Source: Patescibacteria group bacterium
GTDB taxonomy: Bacteria; Patescibacteriota; UBA1384; 2-12-FULL-50-11
DNA length: 44,023 bases
Assembly (NCBI GenBank): GCA_040900165.1
Contig: JBBDZM010000003.1
Coordinates: forward strand, 1-44,023
Direction of reading: 5' to 3'
Positions 43,978-44,023 of the stretch are shown one piece after another (position 1 is the stretch's first letter; each line of letters begins with the position of its first letter). Under the pieces are notes generated by a model, which worked only from the letters and a program-made list of their open reading frames with translations, ran no database searches and was not told the origin of the DNA. The translations under genes and the position numbers were made by a program.

Positions 43978-44023
43978 TGACTAAAATTCACTATTCTCAC
44001 GCAAGGGTTCGAATAGTAGAGTT

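Overview
Core-genome window from a bacterium using genetic code 11 (TGA = stop). It is very likely a Patescibacteria/CPR member: rpmD/L30 is absent from the spc cluster and IF-2, L3, L4 and S4 are shortened. Order: partial uvrB (minus), small accessory genes with two candidate ncRNAs, gyrB-gyrA-infB, a CdaA-N/CdaR-like fusion lacking the cyclase domain, two surface proteins, obg, rpoB-rpoC, the str cluster plus rpsJ, an accessory block (Gmad2-like protein, msrA, candidate sRNA), then the S10-spc-alpha clusters up to rpsD. The most striking unexplained structure is a family of three 105-150 nt inserts in ribosomal-protein operons (rpsL/rpsG, rplW/rplB, rpmJ/rpsM). They differ in primary sequence but share one architecture. 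Each has ~30-nt 7-mer-periodic inverted arms, then a hairpin with a CC-RGA-GG core that hides the Shine-Dalgarno exactly 9 nt before the next ATG. Each is spanned by an uninterrupted mini-ORF ending in TGATG on the downstream start codon. Other points: a probable CTG start for rpoB, natural resistance-type residues in RpoB and GyrA, and a duplicated-start mini-ORF before rplF. All calls are by eye; no searches or folding programs were run. No tRNA, rRNA, CRISPR array or transposase was recognised.
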